From Polaromonas sp. (lineage in GTDB: Bacteria; Pseudomonadota; Gammaproteobacteria; Burkholderiales; Burkholderiaceae_C), in the NCBI GenBank assembly GCA_013298815.1, contig JAAFJF010000002.1, forward strand, positions 2,191-66,190: a DNA stretch of 64,000 bases, written 5' to 3'. The notes under the pieces were generated by a model, which saw only the letters and a program-made list of their open reading frames with translations, searched no databases and was not told the origin of the DNA. Positions 45,505 through 54,695 of the stretch are shown one piece after another; the first letter of the stretch is position 1; each line of letters begins with the position of its first letter. The position numbers and the translations under genes were made by a program.

Positions 45505-46950
45505 ATGAACTCTTCAGACTTAAACAGTACAGCATCGACATCTTCTCAAAACCATCCCGTTTTGTGGAGAAGCTATCTTGCGTTTTTAGTTCCCATGATC
45601 ATCAGCAACATGCTGCAAGCGCTTTCGGGAACAGCAAACAACATTTATTTAGGTCAAATGCTAGGTGTTGGGGCGATGGCTTCGGTATCAGCCTTCTTTC
45701 CTGTGTTTTTTTTCTTGATTGCGTTCATGATTGGCTTGGGCTCAGGTGCTGCGGTGCTGATTGGGCAAGCGTGGGGCGCAAAGGAGCTTGATCGCGTCAA
45801 AGCCATCGCTGGTACAACCCTGATGGTGGGTTTGTTAGCGGGCTTAACCGTAGCCTTTTTCGGCGGCACATTTACCGAAACCATGCTTCAAGCACTAGGA
45901 ACACCTTCAGACATATTGCCTGGTGCAACTGCTTATGCACGCGTCATGCTGATCGCGACACCTGCTATCTTTATCTTTTTACTTGCCACGTCCATGCTAC
46001 GTGGGGTGGGCGACACCAAAACACCCTTGTTTATTTTGCTAATTTCAACTGTGTTGAGCTTTGTCCTGACGCCAGCTTTGATTCGCGGTTGGTTTGGTTT
46101 GCCTCAAATGGGTGTCACCAGTGGCGCCTATGCGGCAGGGACTTCGTTTGTAATAGCTATGGGCTGGGGAGTCTGGCATTTGCGTGACTCAATAACACTT
46201 AAACAAAACGCATATTCACCTGACATGCATGTGTTGTCACAACCAACGGTTAAGCACCCACTCGCCCCTGATGCCGCGTTTTTCAACCACTTACGAATAG
46301 ACCGCGCCATACTTGCCAAGGTTTTGAAAATCGGTTTGCCTACTGGCTTATCTATGATAACTATCTCCTTGGCAGAGATAGCGGTCTTGTTTTTGGTAAA
46401 CCGCTATGGCTCACAAGCAACTGCTGCTTACGGTGCAGTCAACCAAATTGTTAATTACGTGCAGTTCCCTGCTATTTCAATTGCCATAGCAGCCTCCATC
46501 TTAGGTGCACAGGCCATAGGTGCGGGACGCGGGAACACCTTGGGTAAGATCGCAAAGACAGGCATCATACTTAATTTAGTGCTTACTGGCTCTTTGGTTA
46601 TCGTCGGATTATTGTTTTCGCGCACTATTATTGGACTTTTTATCACTGCCGCAGATGTCGTGGACTTAGCGCAAACACTATTGCACATCATGCTTTGGAG
46701 TAGCGTGATCATGGGCATGTCCATGGTGCTTTCAGGTTTGATGCGTGCCAGCGGCGAGGTGGTTGTGCCTACCGCCATCACAATGACATGTATTATCTGC
46801 ATTGAAATCCCTACAGCTTGGTCGCTGAGCAATACCTATGGCATCAATGGAATATGGGCGGCTTACCCCATCACTTTTCTATCAATGCTTGCTTTACAAA
46901 CAATGTATTACCGCCTAGTTTGGCGAAAAAAACCTATTAAACGTCTTTAA
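45505..46950 (+). CDS. MATE family efflux transporter
   Basis: 481 aa with 12 predicted TM helices. The N-terminal motif LAFLVPMIISNMLQALSGTANNIYLGQ and the internal repeat KIGLPTGLSMI are typical of NorM/DinF-type MATE proteins. Confidence 0.8.
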   Translation: MNSSDLNSTASTSSQNHPVLWRSYLAFLVPMIISNMLQALSGTANNIYLGQMLGVGAMASVSAFFPVFFFLIAFMIGLGSGAAVLIGQAWGAKELDRVKAIAGTTLMVGLLAGLTVAFFGGTFTETMLQALGTPSDILPGATAYARVMLIATPAIFIFLLATSMLRGVGDTKTPLFILLISTVLSFVLTPALIRGWFGLPQMGVTSGAYAAGTSFVIAMGWGVWHLRDSITLKQNAYSPDMHVLSQPTVKHPLAPDAAFFNHLRIDRAILAKVLKIGLPTGLSMITISLAEIAVLFLVNRYGSQATAAYGAVNQIVNYVQFPAISIAIAASILGAQAIGAGRGNTLGKIAKTGIILNLVLTGSLVIVGLLFSRTIIGLFITAADVVDLAQTLLHIMLWSSVIMGMSMVLSGLMRASGEVVVPTAITMTCIICIEIPTAWSLSNTYGINGIWAAYPITFLSMLALQTMYYRLVWRKKPIKRL

Positions 46951-46963
46951 GAATGTTATCTTT

Positions 46964-46993
46964 TTCTAATTCATTCAAAAATCGAGCTATAAT
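46964..46993 (+). promoter_or_regulatory. possible sigma70 promoter for tRNA-Asn (TTCTAA-N18-TATAAT)
   Basis: The -10 TATAAT lies at 46988..46993, 11 nt before the mature tRNA 5' end. The -35-like TTCTAA lies at 46964..46969. This is pattern-based only. Confidence 0.3.
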
Positions 46994-47004
46994 TTGAGGC
47001 TTGT

Positions 47005-47080
47005 TCCTCAATAGCTCAGTTGGTAGAGCGCCGGACTGTTAATCCGTAGGTCCCTGGTTCGAGCCCAGGTTGAGGAGCCA
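47005..47080 (+). tRNA. tRNA-Asn (anticodon GTT)
   Basis: 76 nt. The acceptor stem is TCCTCAA/TTGAGGA. It has the D-arm AGCTCAGTTGGTAGAGC, the anticodon loop CTGTTAA, the T-arm GGTTCGAGCCC and an encoded CCA. Confidence 0.95.
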
Positions 47081-47097
47081 AAAATACTCACAGATTT

Positions 47098-47139
47098 AAG
47101 CTTTTGCGGTTTCCTAGTGGAATTACAAAAGCTTTTTTT
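47098..47139 (+). terminator. rho-independent terminator after tRNA-Asn
   Basis: AAGCTTTTG ... CAAAAGCTT forms a 9-bp stem followed by TTTTT. Confidence 0.6.
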
Positions 47140-47200
47140 GTTTATATTTTCACTTTGAACCGCTGAAAATTTCATGTCGCAACCGCAGATTCTCAGGCAT

Positions 47201-47221
47201 CTGGCACCTGGCACCTGGCAC
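47201..47221. repeat. tandem repeat 3 x 7 bp (CTGGCAC)
   Basis: Read directly, between the tRNA and the end of the sox cluster. Confidence 0.8.
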
Positions 47222-47228
47222 CCGCCGA

Positions 47229-47699
47229 TTAAAGCGCTTTTGTAGCAATATCAATACGCTCCTGCAGGTAAGCTCCGTAGAAGTCTGAATTTGTTCCGCC
47301 AATTAAACGGGGCGCTAGTTCGGCGCCATTTCTTCCGAAGAAAAGTATAGTGGGAGCTGCGAGCACCTTCAAAGACTGGATAAGCTCAGCTTGCGTCGTA
47401 TGCTTGCCCAACGCATCGATTATCGGCGTCGCATGCCCAATGTTAACTTGTACGATAGGCAGTGATTGCTCGCTGATCAAAGGAATCAAATAATTTTCAC
47501 GGGCAATTTTACAAAATGGACAGTTATCTAAGCTAACCAGAACGACTAAAGGTTTTGAGACTTTTATTGCCGACAAAATATCGTTTAGAAGAGACTTTGT
47601 GCTTGGCAATACTTTGGACGCAGAGTGCGCATGCCTGAGCGATATCACATTCAAACAAAAAAATGCTGATAAGAAATAGCGACGCCTAAAGACTTTCAT
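47229..47699 (-). CDS. periplasmic thioredoxin-fold protein (SoxW/SoxS-like)
   Basis: 156 aa with a signal peptide and the CxxC motif VSLDNCPFCKIA. It is the last gene of the sox cluster. Confidence 0.65.
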   Translation of the reverse strand: MKVFRRRYFLSAFFCLNVISLRHAHSASKVLPSTKSLLNDILSAIKVSKPLVVLVSLDNCPFCKIARENYLIPLISEQSLPIVQVNIGHATPIIDALGKHTTQAELIQSLKVLAAPTILFFGRNGAELAPRLIGGTNSDFYGAYLQERIDIATKAL

Positions 47700-47712
47700 C
47701 TTGAGCGCTCCA

Positions 47713-49431
47713 TTAAATGGCTATACCAAAGTTATTCTCAAGCCCCAATAGCTTCGGGTTAGTTAATTTAATTGGAGAAATGACCTTTTTATCTTTTAAG
47801 TACGTCTCGACGATTTCCCACGCTGGGGGCCCTGCATTTTTACTGACTTCTTGAACAGGAGCCCAACCAGCCACTTTATAAGTTTTGCCAGCCTCAATGA
47901 GCTGATCGCCTATTCGCATGTCACTTATGCGAGATCCCGCTTTACCTGCTGGATTACAGGTGTACGTCATGCCGCCAGTTCGAACCATATCTCCACCCTG
48001 CTGGTAATAAGGATCTGGATTAAACAAATTGTCGCAAACATCCTCCAGTATTGTCTTAATCGCATCACCGCTCAAATCTGACACCGTCGTCCACGGGTAG
48101 GTAATCGCGGTTTGATCCATAACGTGTTCGCGCGTAATGGCTTGACCTGACAGCAGAGAAGTCCCCCAACGGAATCCAGGTGAAAACGCAATTTGCGCAC
48201 CTCGCACGCTTATCAGCGCATCGGTAATCAGTTGGTCAAATGTGCCGTTGAAGTTGCCGCGACGATACAACACGCCTTCAGTGACCGCTAATTTCTCAGT
48301 CAATTTTGAGAGAAAAGGCGCACGTACTTTGTCAATCAATGCGGCCATTTCTTTGTCTGCGGGTAAGAAATTAGCAAAAATAGGGAGCAGTTTGTAGTTG
48401 ATGTTGACAACTTTTTTGTCACGAACATCAAGATCAAGCACACCTAGGAATTTTCCATTGCTACCTGCGTTGGTCACCAAGGTTTGTCCACCTGCATTTT
48501 TAACCATAGTTGGCACAGGTACGCCATCATGCGTATGCCCACCCAAAATGACATCAATACCAGTCACGCGTGATGCCATTTTCAAATCAACGTCCATGCC
48601 ATTGTGGGACAGTAAAACAACCGCTTGTGCGCCCTTGGCACGCGCTTCATTAACTGTTTTTTGCATGTTCGCATCTTGAATGCCAAACGTCCAATTCGGC
48701 ACTTGCCAGCTGGGGTTTGCTATCGGTGTGTACGGAAAGGCTTGTCCAACGATCGCAACCGTCACGCCATTCATTTCTTTCAGAACATAGGGCTTAAAAA
48801 CAGGGTCTTCAAAGTCTCTGGTCTTTACGTTTTGCGCAACAAAGTTGATCTTGCCAGCAAAGTCTTTTTCGATGATCTCCATCATCCGCTTTTCGCCGTA
48901 GGTAAACTCCCAATGCGCCGTCATCACGTTCACGCCCAGCAATTTGCAAGCGTCAACCATGTCTTGGGCGTTCGTCCACAAGCTAGTCGCACTGCCCTGC
49001 CAAGTGTCGCCACCGTCAAGTAGTAAGGCGCCGGGTCGACCACCGCGTAGTTGCTTCACCAAAGTAGACAAGTGCGCGAAGCCGCCGACTTTGCCATATT
49101 GCTGCGCTGCCCGCTCAAAGTCCAGATAGGTATGTGCATATGCATTGGCACTACCCGCCTTCAAACCAGCATACTTCAGCAAATGCTCTCCCACCAAATG
49201 TGGCACATTTCCCGTCATGCCCGCGACGCCAATATTGACATTGGGTTCGCGGAAATAAATAGGCAGCAGCTGCGCGTGGCAATCAGTCATGTGCAATAAA
49301 TGGACATTCCCAGTCTTGGGCACGTTATAAAGCTGATCGGCTTCTTGCGCACTGGCTTCACGCCCCATAGGAAAGCCAGCGACAACAGCAGCCGTCAAAA
49401 CGGATGTAAATTCACGACGCGATAAATTCAT
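47713..49431 (-). CDS. soxB: thiosulfohydrolase SoxB
   Basis: 572 aa with the Tat signal SRREFTSVLTAAVVAG. Dimetal phosphoesterase motifs are LLHMTDCHAQ, GGDTWQG, LSHNG and GGHTH, followed by a 5'-nucleotidase-like C-terminal domain. Confidence 0.9.
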   Translation of the reverse strand: MNLSRREFTSVLTAAVVAGFPMGREASAQEADQLYNVPKTGNVHLLHMTDCHAQLLPIYFREPNVNIGVAGMTGNVPHLVGEHLLKYAGLKAGSANAYAHTYLDFERAAQQYGKVGGFAHLSTLVKQLRGGRPGALLLDGGDTWQGSATSLWTNAQDMVDACKLLGVNVMTAHWEFTYGEKRMMEIIEKDFAGKINFVAQNVKTRDFEDPVFKPYVLKEMNGVTVAIVGQAFPYTPIANPSWQVPNWTFGIQDANMQKTVNEARAKGAQAVVLLSHNGMDVDLKMASRVTGIDVILGGHTHDGVPVPTMVKNAGGQTLVTNAGSNGKFLGVLDLDVRDKKVVNINYKLLPIFANFLPADKEMAALIDKVRAPFLSKLTEKLAVTEGVLYRRGNFNGTFDQLITDALISVRGAQIAFSPGFRWGTSLLSGQAITREHVMDQTAITYPWTTVSDLSGDAIKTILEDVCDNLFNPDPYYQQGGDMVRTGGMTYTCNPAGKAGSRISDMRIGDQLIEAGKTYKVAGWAPVQEVSKNAGPPAWEIVETYLKDKKVISPIKLTNPKLLGLENNFGIAI

Positions 49432-49465
49432 GGTGAGAGCAAAATGAAAAGTAGACTAATTGAAA

Positions 49466-50173
49466 TTATTTGTTCACCGGAGACTGAGGATCCAGCAACA
49501 GCGCCATGACGTGCTTGACTTGCTGCTCAGTCAAAATGCCAGCATCACCAAACCTAGGCATGTTGCTACACAAATTGACAGAATGCGTATTCCAAATCCG
49601 AGCCCATGTGTATTTGACGATAGCTTCTGAATCTTTAGAGGTGACATCTTTAACGCCACGAATCGTGCCGTACTTCATCAGTGATGGGCCTTGGTTGCCG
49701 AAACTGATTTCAGTCGGTGTCAACTGGTGACAGGCATAGCAATTTGCACCATTGGGCACGCCAGCCACATCACTGAATTGCAATCCACGTCCGTTTTGGG
49801 CAATTTTTTCACCTTCTTTCCAATCCCCTGTGTAATTACCATCTTTGGGGTAAGGAATCGCAGCGTAAATAGCTTGCTCCATCTTCTCGCGCGTCGCTTT
49901 AGGCACCTCTTTGCCACTGGACAGCGATTCAGAACAGACTTTTTGAATCTCCGTTTGATCCAACCTATCAAGCTTAGCAAGGCCTCGTTCTGCGAAACTT
50001 CCCTTGATAGTTGCAAGAACCTCAGCAGCACTAGGTTTTTGCACAGAGCTTGATGCACAGCTGGCGAGCATAGCTATACATGCAGTTAGAATGGACAATT
50101 TAGCTACATTTTTAATAGCAGTAGAGGCATATAAAACGGTGGCTGATAGCTTATTTATCATAATAAATCTCAA
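49466..50173 (-). CDS. soxX: sulfur oxidation c-type cytochrome SoxX
   Basis: 235 aa with a single haem site NCYACHQL, followed by GNQGPSLMKYG and NMPRFG. Its position between soxA and soxB supports the call. Confidence 0.8.
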   Translation of the reverse strand: MRFIMINKLSATVLYASTAIKNVAKLSILTACIAMLASCASSSVQKPSAAEVLATIKGSFAERGLAKLDRLDQTEIQKVCSESLSSGKEVPKATREKMEQAIYAAIPYPKDGNYTGDWKEGEKIAQNGRGLQFSDVAGVPNGANCYACHQLTPTEISFGNQGPSLMKYGTIRGVKDVTSKDSEAIVKYTWARIWNTHSVNLCSNMPRFGDAGILTEQQVKHVMALLLDPQSPVNK

Positions 50174-50190
50174 TATTTAATGTTTTAAAA

Positions 50191-51060
50191 TTATCGCTTC
50201 AATGCAGGAGCAGCCATTTTTCCGCCATTAGCATTCACCCCCATGAAGGTGATCAGGTCAACCGATGTTTGACTCAGGTACTGCAACTCAGGAAAACGCT
50301 GTTGCCGGAAACAATCGTACAAACGCCATTGCATGGTGCGCACGGCTCCTTGGCTGACGCGGTAAGCTGGCCACTGGCTGAAGGCAGCTTGCGCTGGACC
50401 TGGTTTGGTTAAATTCGGCAAATCTTGCAGACGAATTCGTTTGCCATCTTCGCCATGACAACTGGCGCAACTGAAATCAAATGGCCCACCTTTAAAGTAA
50501 AACGCTTCCTTGCCACGCGCATAAGCTGTTTTTTCTGTGGCATGGTTTTGCGGAACATTGATGACCATATCGCGCGATTCATCATAAATGTATGCGACCA
50601 AATCTTCGATGACCGTTGCTTTTTGCCCTTCTCCGCTAAATGCTGTTCTAGCGGTGAAATCTGCTTTGTTAGCGCCTTGTAGCGTCACCATGCAATGCAC
50701 CAGGCGGCTTTCTAAGTCCATCGTTTGGTTGGTATCTGCAAAATACCTTGGCAACCCAGTAACCGCGCCCTTAACCTTACCAGCCCCCAAACCCAAGTCA
50801 CAAGCTTCCAAGCTTGCATTTTTAGACCCACGTTTGGTTTTCCACAAAGCTTCGCCTCTTGCAGCGTTGAGATCTGCCGGGTTGCCGTCTTGCAAACTAG
50901 CGCGGTAATCATCGATAGCATCTTTGGCAGATTTTTGCTGAGCATAAGCAACATTCACGAGTGCCGCAACAATGATCAAGCCAGCTACGGCGTACGGCTT
51001 TAATTTAGAAAATGTTTTATCAACGCTCATTTTTATCGTTTTGGGCATCTTGCTCTCCAT
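50191..51060 (-). CDS. soxA: sulfur oxidation c-type cytochrome SoxA (monohaem form)
   Basis: 289 aa with one CxxCH (SCASCHGEDG) and the conserved distal Cys context RLYDCFRQQRFP. Confidence 0.8.
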   Translation of the reverse strand: MESKMPKTIKMSVDKTFSKLKPYAVAGLIIVAALVNVAYAQQKSAKDAIDDYRASLQDGNPADLNAARGEALWKTKRGSKNASLEACDLGLGAGKVKGAVTGLPRYFADTNQTMDLESRLVHCMVTLQGANKADFTARTAFSGEGQKATVIEDLVAYIYDESRDMVINVPQNHATEKTAYARGKEAFYFKGGPFDFSCASCHGEDGKRIRLQDLPNLTKPGPAQAAFSQWPAYRVSQGAVRTMQWRLYDCFRQQRFPELQYLSQTSVDLITFMGVNANGGKMAAPALKR

Positions 51061-51181
51061 TCAAATTCAACATTCAATTTCAATATTTTGATCATCGCTC
51101 ACGAAGTTTGGCATCAATGAAAAAGCCAGTAACCCACCAAAATAGTTTACTGGCTTGACACTTCAATGATACTTTTCAAAC

Positions 51182-51493
51182 TTAAGAAATCGTCGCTTCG
51201 TCGGTGCGTTTGTCGCCTGTATTATCTACCCACGATACAGCAATTTTTTCACCCGCTTTACCGCCAGTAAATGTGAATTGAATGAAGGGATTTTTAGAAA
51301 CTGCGGGGCCCCATTGAGCGCTCATCACAGTTTTGCCATTGTGCACTGCACTGATGGTCTGAATAAACAAGGCGGGGACTACTTTGCCTGCTGCGTCTTT
51401 GCGCAAACCTGTTTCCATCTCATGGCTGACTAAAACGCGTACAGTAACTTTATCGCCTGTAGCAGCTGCGCGAATACGCATTGGATCACTCAT
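51182..51493 (-). CDS. soxZ: thiosulfate oxidation carrier complex protein SoxZ
   Basis: 103 aa. MRIRA...VRVLVSHEMETGLRKD and FIQFTFTGGKAGEKI are typical of SoxZ. It lies directly after soxY. Confidence 0.85.
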   Translation of the reverse strand: MSDPMRIRAAATGDKVTVRVLVSHEMETGLRKDAAGKVVPALFIQTISAVHNGKTVMSAQWGPAVSKNPFIQFTFTGGKAGEKIAVSWVDNTGDKRTDEATIS

Positions 51494-51560
51494 TTTGGAC
51501 TCCTAAATTTCTAATATCAATTTTAAATATCAACAGCGACTTAACCATGCATAATTAGGT

Positions 51561-52028
51561 TTAGCCGCCACAGCCACCCAGAGTGACTTTGACTTCTTTT
51601 ACGGCATAGAAAAATTTATCGCCCACTTTCGCGAGCGCATAAACATTGGTCGATTGCCCCATTTTGACGTTGGTTGACATATTGGCATCGGTGCCTGGGA
51701 TGACATCAAATCCAGCCGTCAACGCTGCTGGATTTTTCTCAACAACCAATCCTAGCCAAGTTGTGCCAGCTATCGAACTTTGCGCACCTAGGCGCACAAC
51801 ATTACCATTTTCAGCAATTTCTGGTGCACTCAAAATCACATCATTGTTTTCACTAGCAGCAGCAGTACCGCCCAACGCCTTCACAACGTCAGCTAGATTC
51901 TTTGCCTCAAAAGCCGCTTTGTTCCAAGCTACCTGTGCTGACGCAGCCGCAGGAAACAAGCCAGTACTAACCGCCAAGCCTAGCGCTGCTGCACCCGTTG
52001 TGCTTTGTACAAATTCACGACGTTTCAT
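51561..52028 (-). CDS. soxY: thiosulfate oxidation carrier protein SoxY
   Basis: 155 aa with the Tat signal KRREFVQS and the diagnostic C-terminus VKVTLGGCGG. Confidence 0.9.
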   Translation of the reverse strand: MKRREFVQSTTGAAALGLAVSTGLFPAAASAQVAWNKAAFEAKNLADVVKALGGTAAASENNDVILSAPEIAENGNVVRLGAQSSIAGTTWLGLVVEKNPAALTAGFDVIPGTDANMSTNVKMGQSTNVYALAKVGDKFFYAVKEVKVTLGGCGG

Positions 52029-52112
52029 TATTTACTCCTAATTAAAATTTTTAACCAATATATATTTCAACATAATTTACGTTTCGGCGTTAACAGGGAT
52101 AACACCCATCAA

Positions 52113-53267
52113 CTATTTGACCGCCCCTTGCGAAATCCAAGTTGCCACTTTTTTTGCATCCGTATCACTCAAACTTTGTGCTGGCATCGGCATGCTTCCG
52201 TAAACACCTGACCCACCACTTTTTATTTTTGCAGTTAGATAGGCCACCGCATCTGCCTTACTGCCCTGCTTTGCAAGTATTTCTTTAAAACTTGGCCCAA
52301 CAATTTTATTGTCGATGCCATGACAGGCCAAACATGCGTTTTTGCTCAAAATGCCAGAAACATCAGCACTTTTTAGTGATGTATTAGATTCCACAGATTT
52401 CTCAACTGTTTTAGCCGCTGCAACTGTGATAGCGGGGATGACGACCGCTTTTTTAGCATCAGCACCTGTACTCACGGCAGGTTTGGTTGTATCTGCACCT
52501 ACTGAAGGACCAAAAGCACGCGTTTGCTCTGCCAAATTGCCGTGCGCATTACGCGCATGCTCTGGCAACAAGCTTGCAACCTTGGCTTCCGTCACGCAGT
52601 TAGTCATACAGTTAGAGCCTTGCGTATCTGGCTTGGTGACGCCGCCAAACTCATTACCTGGCCACATCGCGTGCTTGGTCATCATGCCATTTCTGTTTGG
52701 CAATTTGTTTTGAGTTTCCACCATATTTTTATCACTCAAGGTGAAGTTTTCTGGCACCACATTGGCGATATTAAGCAGGTATGCTGTCACAGCGTAAACC
52801 TCATTCGGCTTTAATGATTTCGGCGCTGTCCACGGCATGGCACGGTTGATGTAATCCCACAGAGTTGACAGTTGCGAGACTTTCATCATCGTGGTACGGG
52901 TGGGCGTTGCAGCCTCGGGCATCAGGCTGGCAACACGACCTGTTTCAACGTCTTTCTTCGTGGTGTAACCCACCAAAGCGCTGAAAACCGTGTTGTTTTC
53001 ACCAAAGCTGCCATGGCAAGATGCACACTGCGCTTCCCACACTTTTTCACCTTGCGCTACACTGCCCATGCCTTTCGGCAAGCCTTTGAAGTCTGGCCTA
53101 ACATCAATATCCCACGCTGCAACTTCATTTGTCGTTGCAACTCTACCAACAGCCTCGTATTTCCCCTGAGAAATGCCTGTAGCAGGCGTCATTATTGTCA
53201 AAGCTGCTATTATTTTTGCAATCATTTGCGACTTAAAATTCGATGAAAAATCAAGATAATTGAACAT
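52113..53267 (-). CDS. soxD: dihaem cytochrome c SoxD
   Basis: 384 aa as listed. An alternative start at 53225 would remove the 17-nt overlap with soxC. It has two haem sites, CASCHG and CLACHG. Confidence 0.8.
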   Translation of the reverse strand: MFNYLDFSSNFKSQMIAKIIAALTIMTPATGISQGKYEAVGRVATTNEVAAWDIDVRPDFKGLPKGMGSVAQGEKVWEAQCASCHGSFGENNTVFSALVGYTTKKDVETGRVASLMPEAATPTRTTMMKVSQLSTLWDYINRAMPWTAPKSLKPNEVYAVTAYLLNIANVVPENFTLSDKNMVETQNKLPNRNGMMTKHAMWPGNEFGGVTKPDTQGSNCMTNCVTEAKVASLLPEHARNAHGNLAEQTRAFGPSVGADTTKPAVSTGADAKKAVVIPAITVAAAKTVEKSVESNTSLKSADVSGILSKNACLACHGIDNKIVGPSFKEILAKQGSKADAVAYLTAKIKSGGSGVYGSMPMPAQSLSDTDAKKVATWISQGAVK

Positions 53268-54597
53268 TTTTCACCTCACCAGATTCTTGCAACAACCATG
53301 TTTGGATAGAGTTGTTGTGATAAATGCTGCGCGTACCGCGAACTTTTCTATTTTCCGCATAGCTTGGTTGAATATGTCCAGTTTCGTCTGTGGCACGACT
53401 CATCAGCAACGCTGGCTTACCGTCCCAAGCCCAGTCCATGTTGAATCGGGTCAAGCACTTAGACATGACTTGCCCCTCTAATCTTGCGGGTTTCCAGTTG
53501 CGTCCACCGTCGGCAGATACATCAACTTTGGTGATTTTTCCACGTCCGCTCCAAGCCAAGCCAGTCACATTCAAAAAGCCTTTGTCCAGGATAACTTGAC
53601 CACCGCTAGGTGTGGTGATCACGGACTTCACTTCTTGCGTACTGCTGTATTGGCGATGCATACCGCTTGGCAGTAAATCGATGTAGTGAATGGTTTCATC
53701 TTTCGTGCCGTAAGCTTCATCTCCCAGCTCGATACGGCGCAAGTACTTGACCCAGCTTACCCCTTGCACACCTGGAACTACCAAACGTAACGGATAGCCA
53801 TTTTCAGGTCGCAACATTTCACCATTCATGCCGTAGGCGACCAAAACTTCACCGCTCATGATGAGACTCATCGGAATGGTGCGCGTCATGCTAGAACCAT
53901 CTGCCCCTTCAGCCAACACAAATTTGCCACGCTTCATATCAGCGCCACAGATCTCAAGCAGCAATCGCAAAGGCACACCCGTAAACTCACTGCAACTGAC
54001 CATGCCATGCGTGTATTGCACGGTTGGTACAGCGGCGTTGCCCCATTCCATACCCGTGTTCGCGCCGCATTCAATAAAGTGAAAGCGGCTAACGGATGGC
54101 AAACGCATCAAATCATCCATGGTGAACACCATAGGCTTCTTGAGCATTTTTTCATCGCTACCGTTCACCATCAAACGGTGTTTGTCCGGTTCAATGTCCC
54201 ACCAGCCTTGGTGATGGCGCTCAAAATGCAAGCCACTGGGTGTGACGATGCCAAACAAGCCCTGAAGCGGGGTAAAGCTAACACCAGAAGCGCTGACTGC
54301 TGTTAAGCCGGGACTTTCACGACGCTGCAAGTTTTTTTCGTGAACGCTTGGAACGCCATAACCACGTGCAGCAACGCCCTGTCCTAAACCTTTGGTATGA
54401 GCGGGTAAATTGACGATGTTGGGGTCGTCTTTAGAGGACTGTGCACGGGCGACCGTTGCAGCAGCCATGGCTGTAGCAAAAGCACCAGCCATAAAACCAC
54501 GTCTACCAGCGTAAACGGATTTGATTTGCTCACTGCCTAAAAAGCCTTCTGGAGCGGCTTGAATAAAACGATTAATTTTCATAGCGATGCTTCTCAT
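53251..54597 (-). CDS. soxC: sulfane dehydrogenase molybdopterin subunit SoxC
   Basis: 448 aa with the Tat signal RRGFMAGAFATAMAAATVARA. The sulfite-oxidase-family Mo domain shows FHFIECGAN and YPLRLVVPG. Confidence 0.85.
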   Translation of the reverse strand: MRSIAMKINRFIQAAPEGFLGSEQIKSVYAGRRGFMAGAFATAMAAATVARAQSSKDDPNIVNLPAHTKGLGQGVAARGYGVPSVHEKNLQRRESPGLTAVSASGVSFTPLQGLFGIVTPSGLHFERHHQGWWDIEPDKHRLMVNGSDEKMLKKPMVFTMDDLMRLPSVSRFHFIECGANTGMEWGNAAVPTVQYTHGMVSCSEFTGVPLRLLLEICGADMKRGKFVLAEGADGSSMTRTIPMSLIMSGEVLVAYGMNGEMLRPENGYPLRLVVPGVQGVSWVKYLRRIELGDEAYGTKDETIHYIDLLPSGMHRQYSSTQEVKSVITTPSGGQVILDKGFLNVTGLAWSGRGKITKVDVSADGGRNWKPARLEGQVMSKCLTRFNMDWAWDGKPALLMSRATDETGHIQPSYAENRKVRGTRSIYHNNSIQTWLLQESGEVKNVQLS

Positions 54598-54695
54598 GCA
54601 TAAATATATGTTTTTTTAGATATAAGCGATTGAGTCAAAAAAAACCCGATGAACTGAATCATCGGGATGGATAAAATACTCAGCGGCTTTTGGAT

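Noticed and set aside
47008-47214. 68-aa ORF on the minus strand overlapping tRNA-Asn.
   Set aside because: It is antisense to a canonical tRNA and its terminator, so it is an artefact of ORF calling.
47081-47228. Genomic island integrated at tRNA-Asn.
   Set aside because: No integrase, no duplicated tRNA 3' end that I can see, and the adjacent sox genes have window-typical composition. I kept only a low-interest note.
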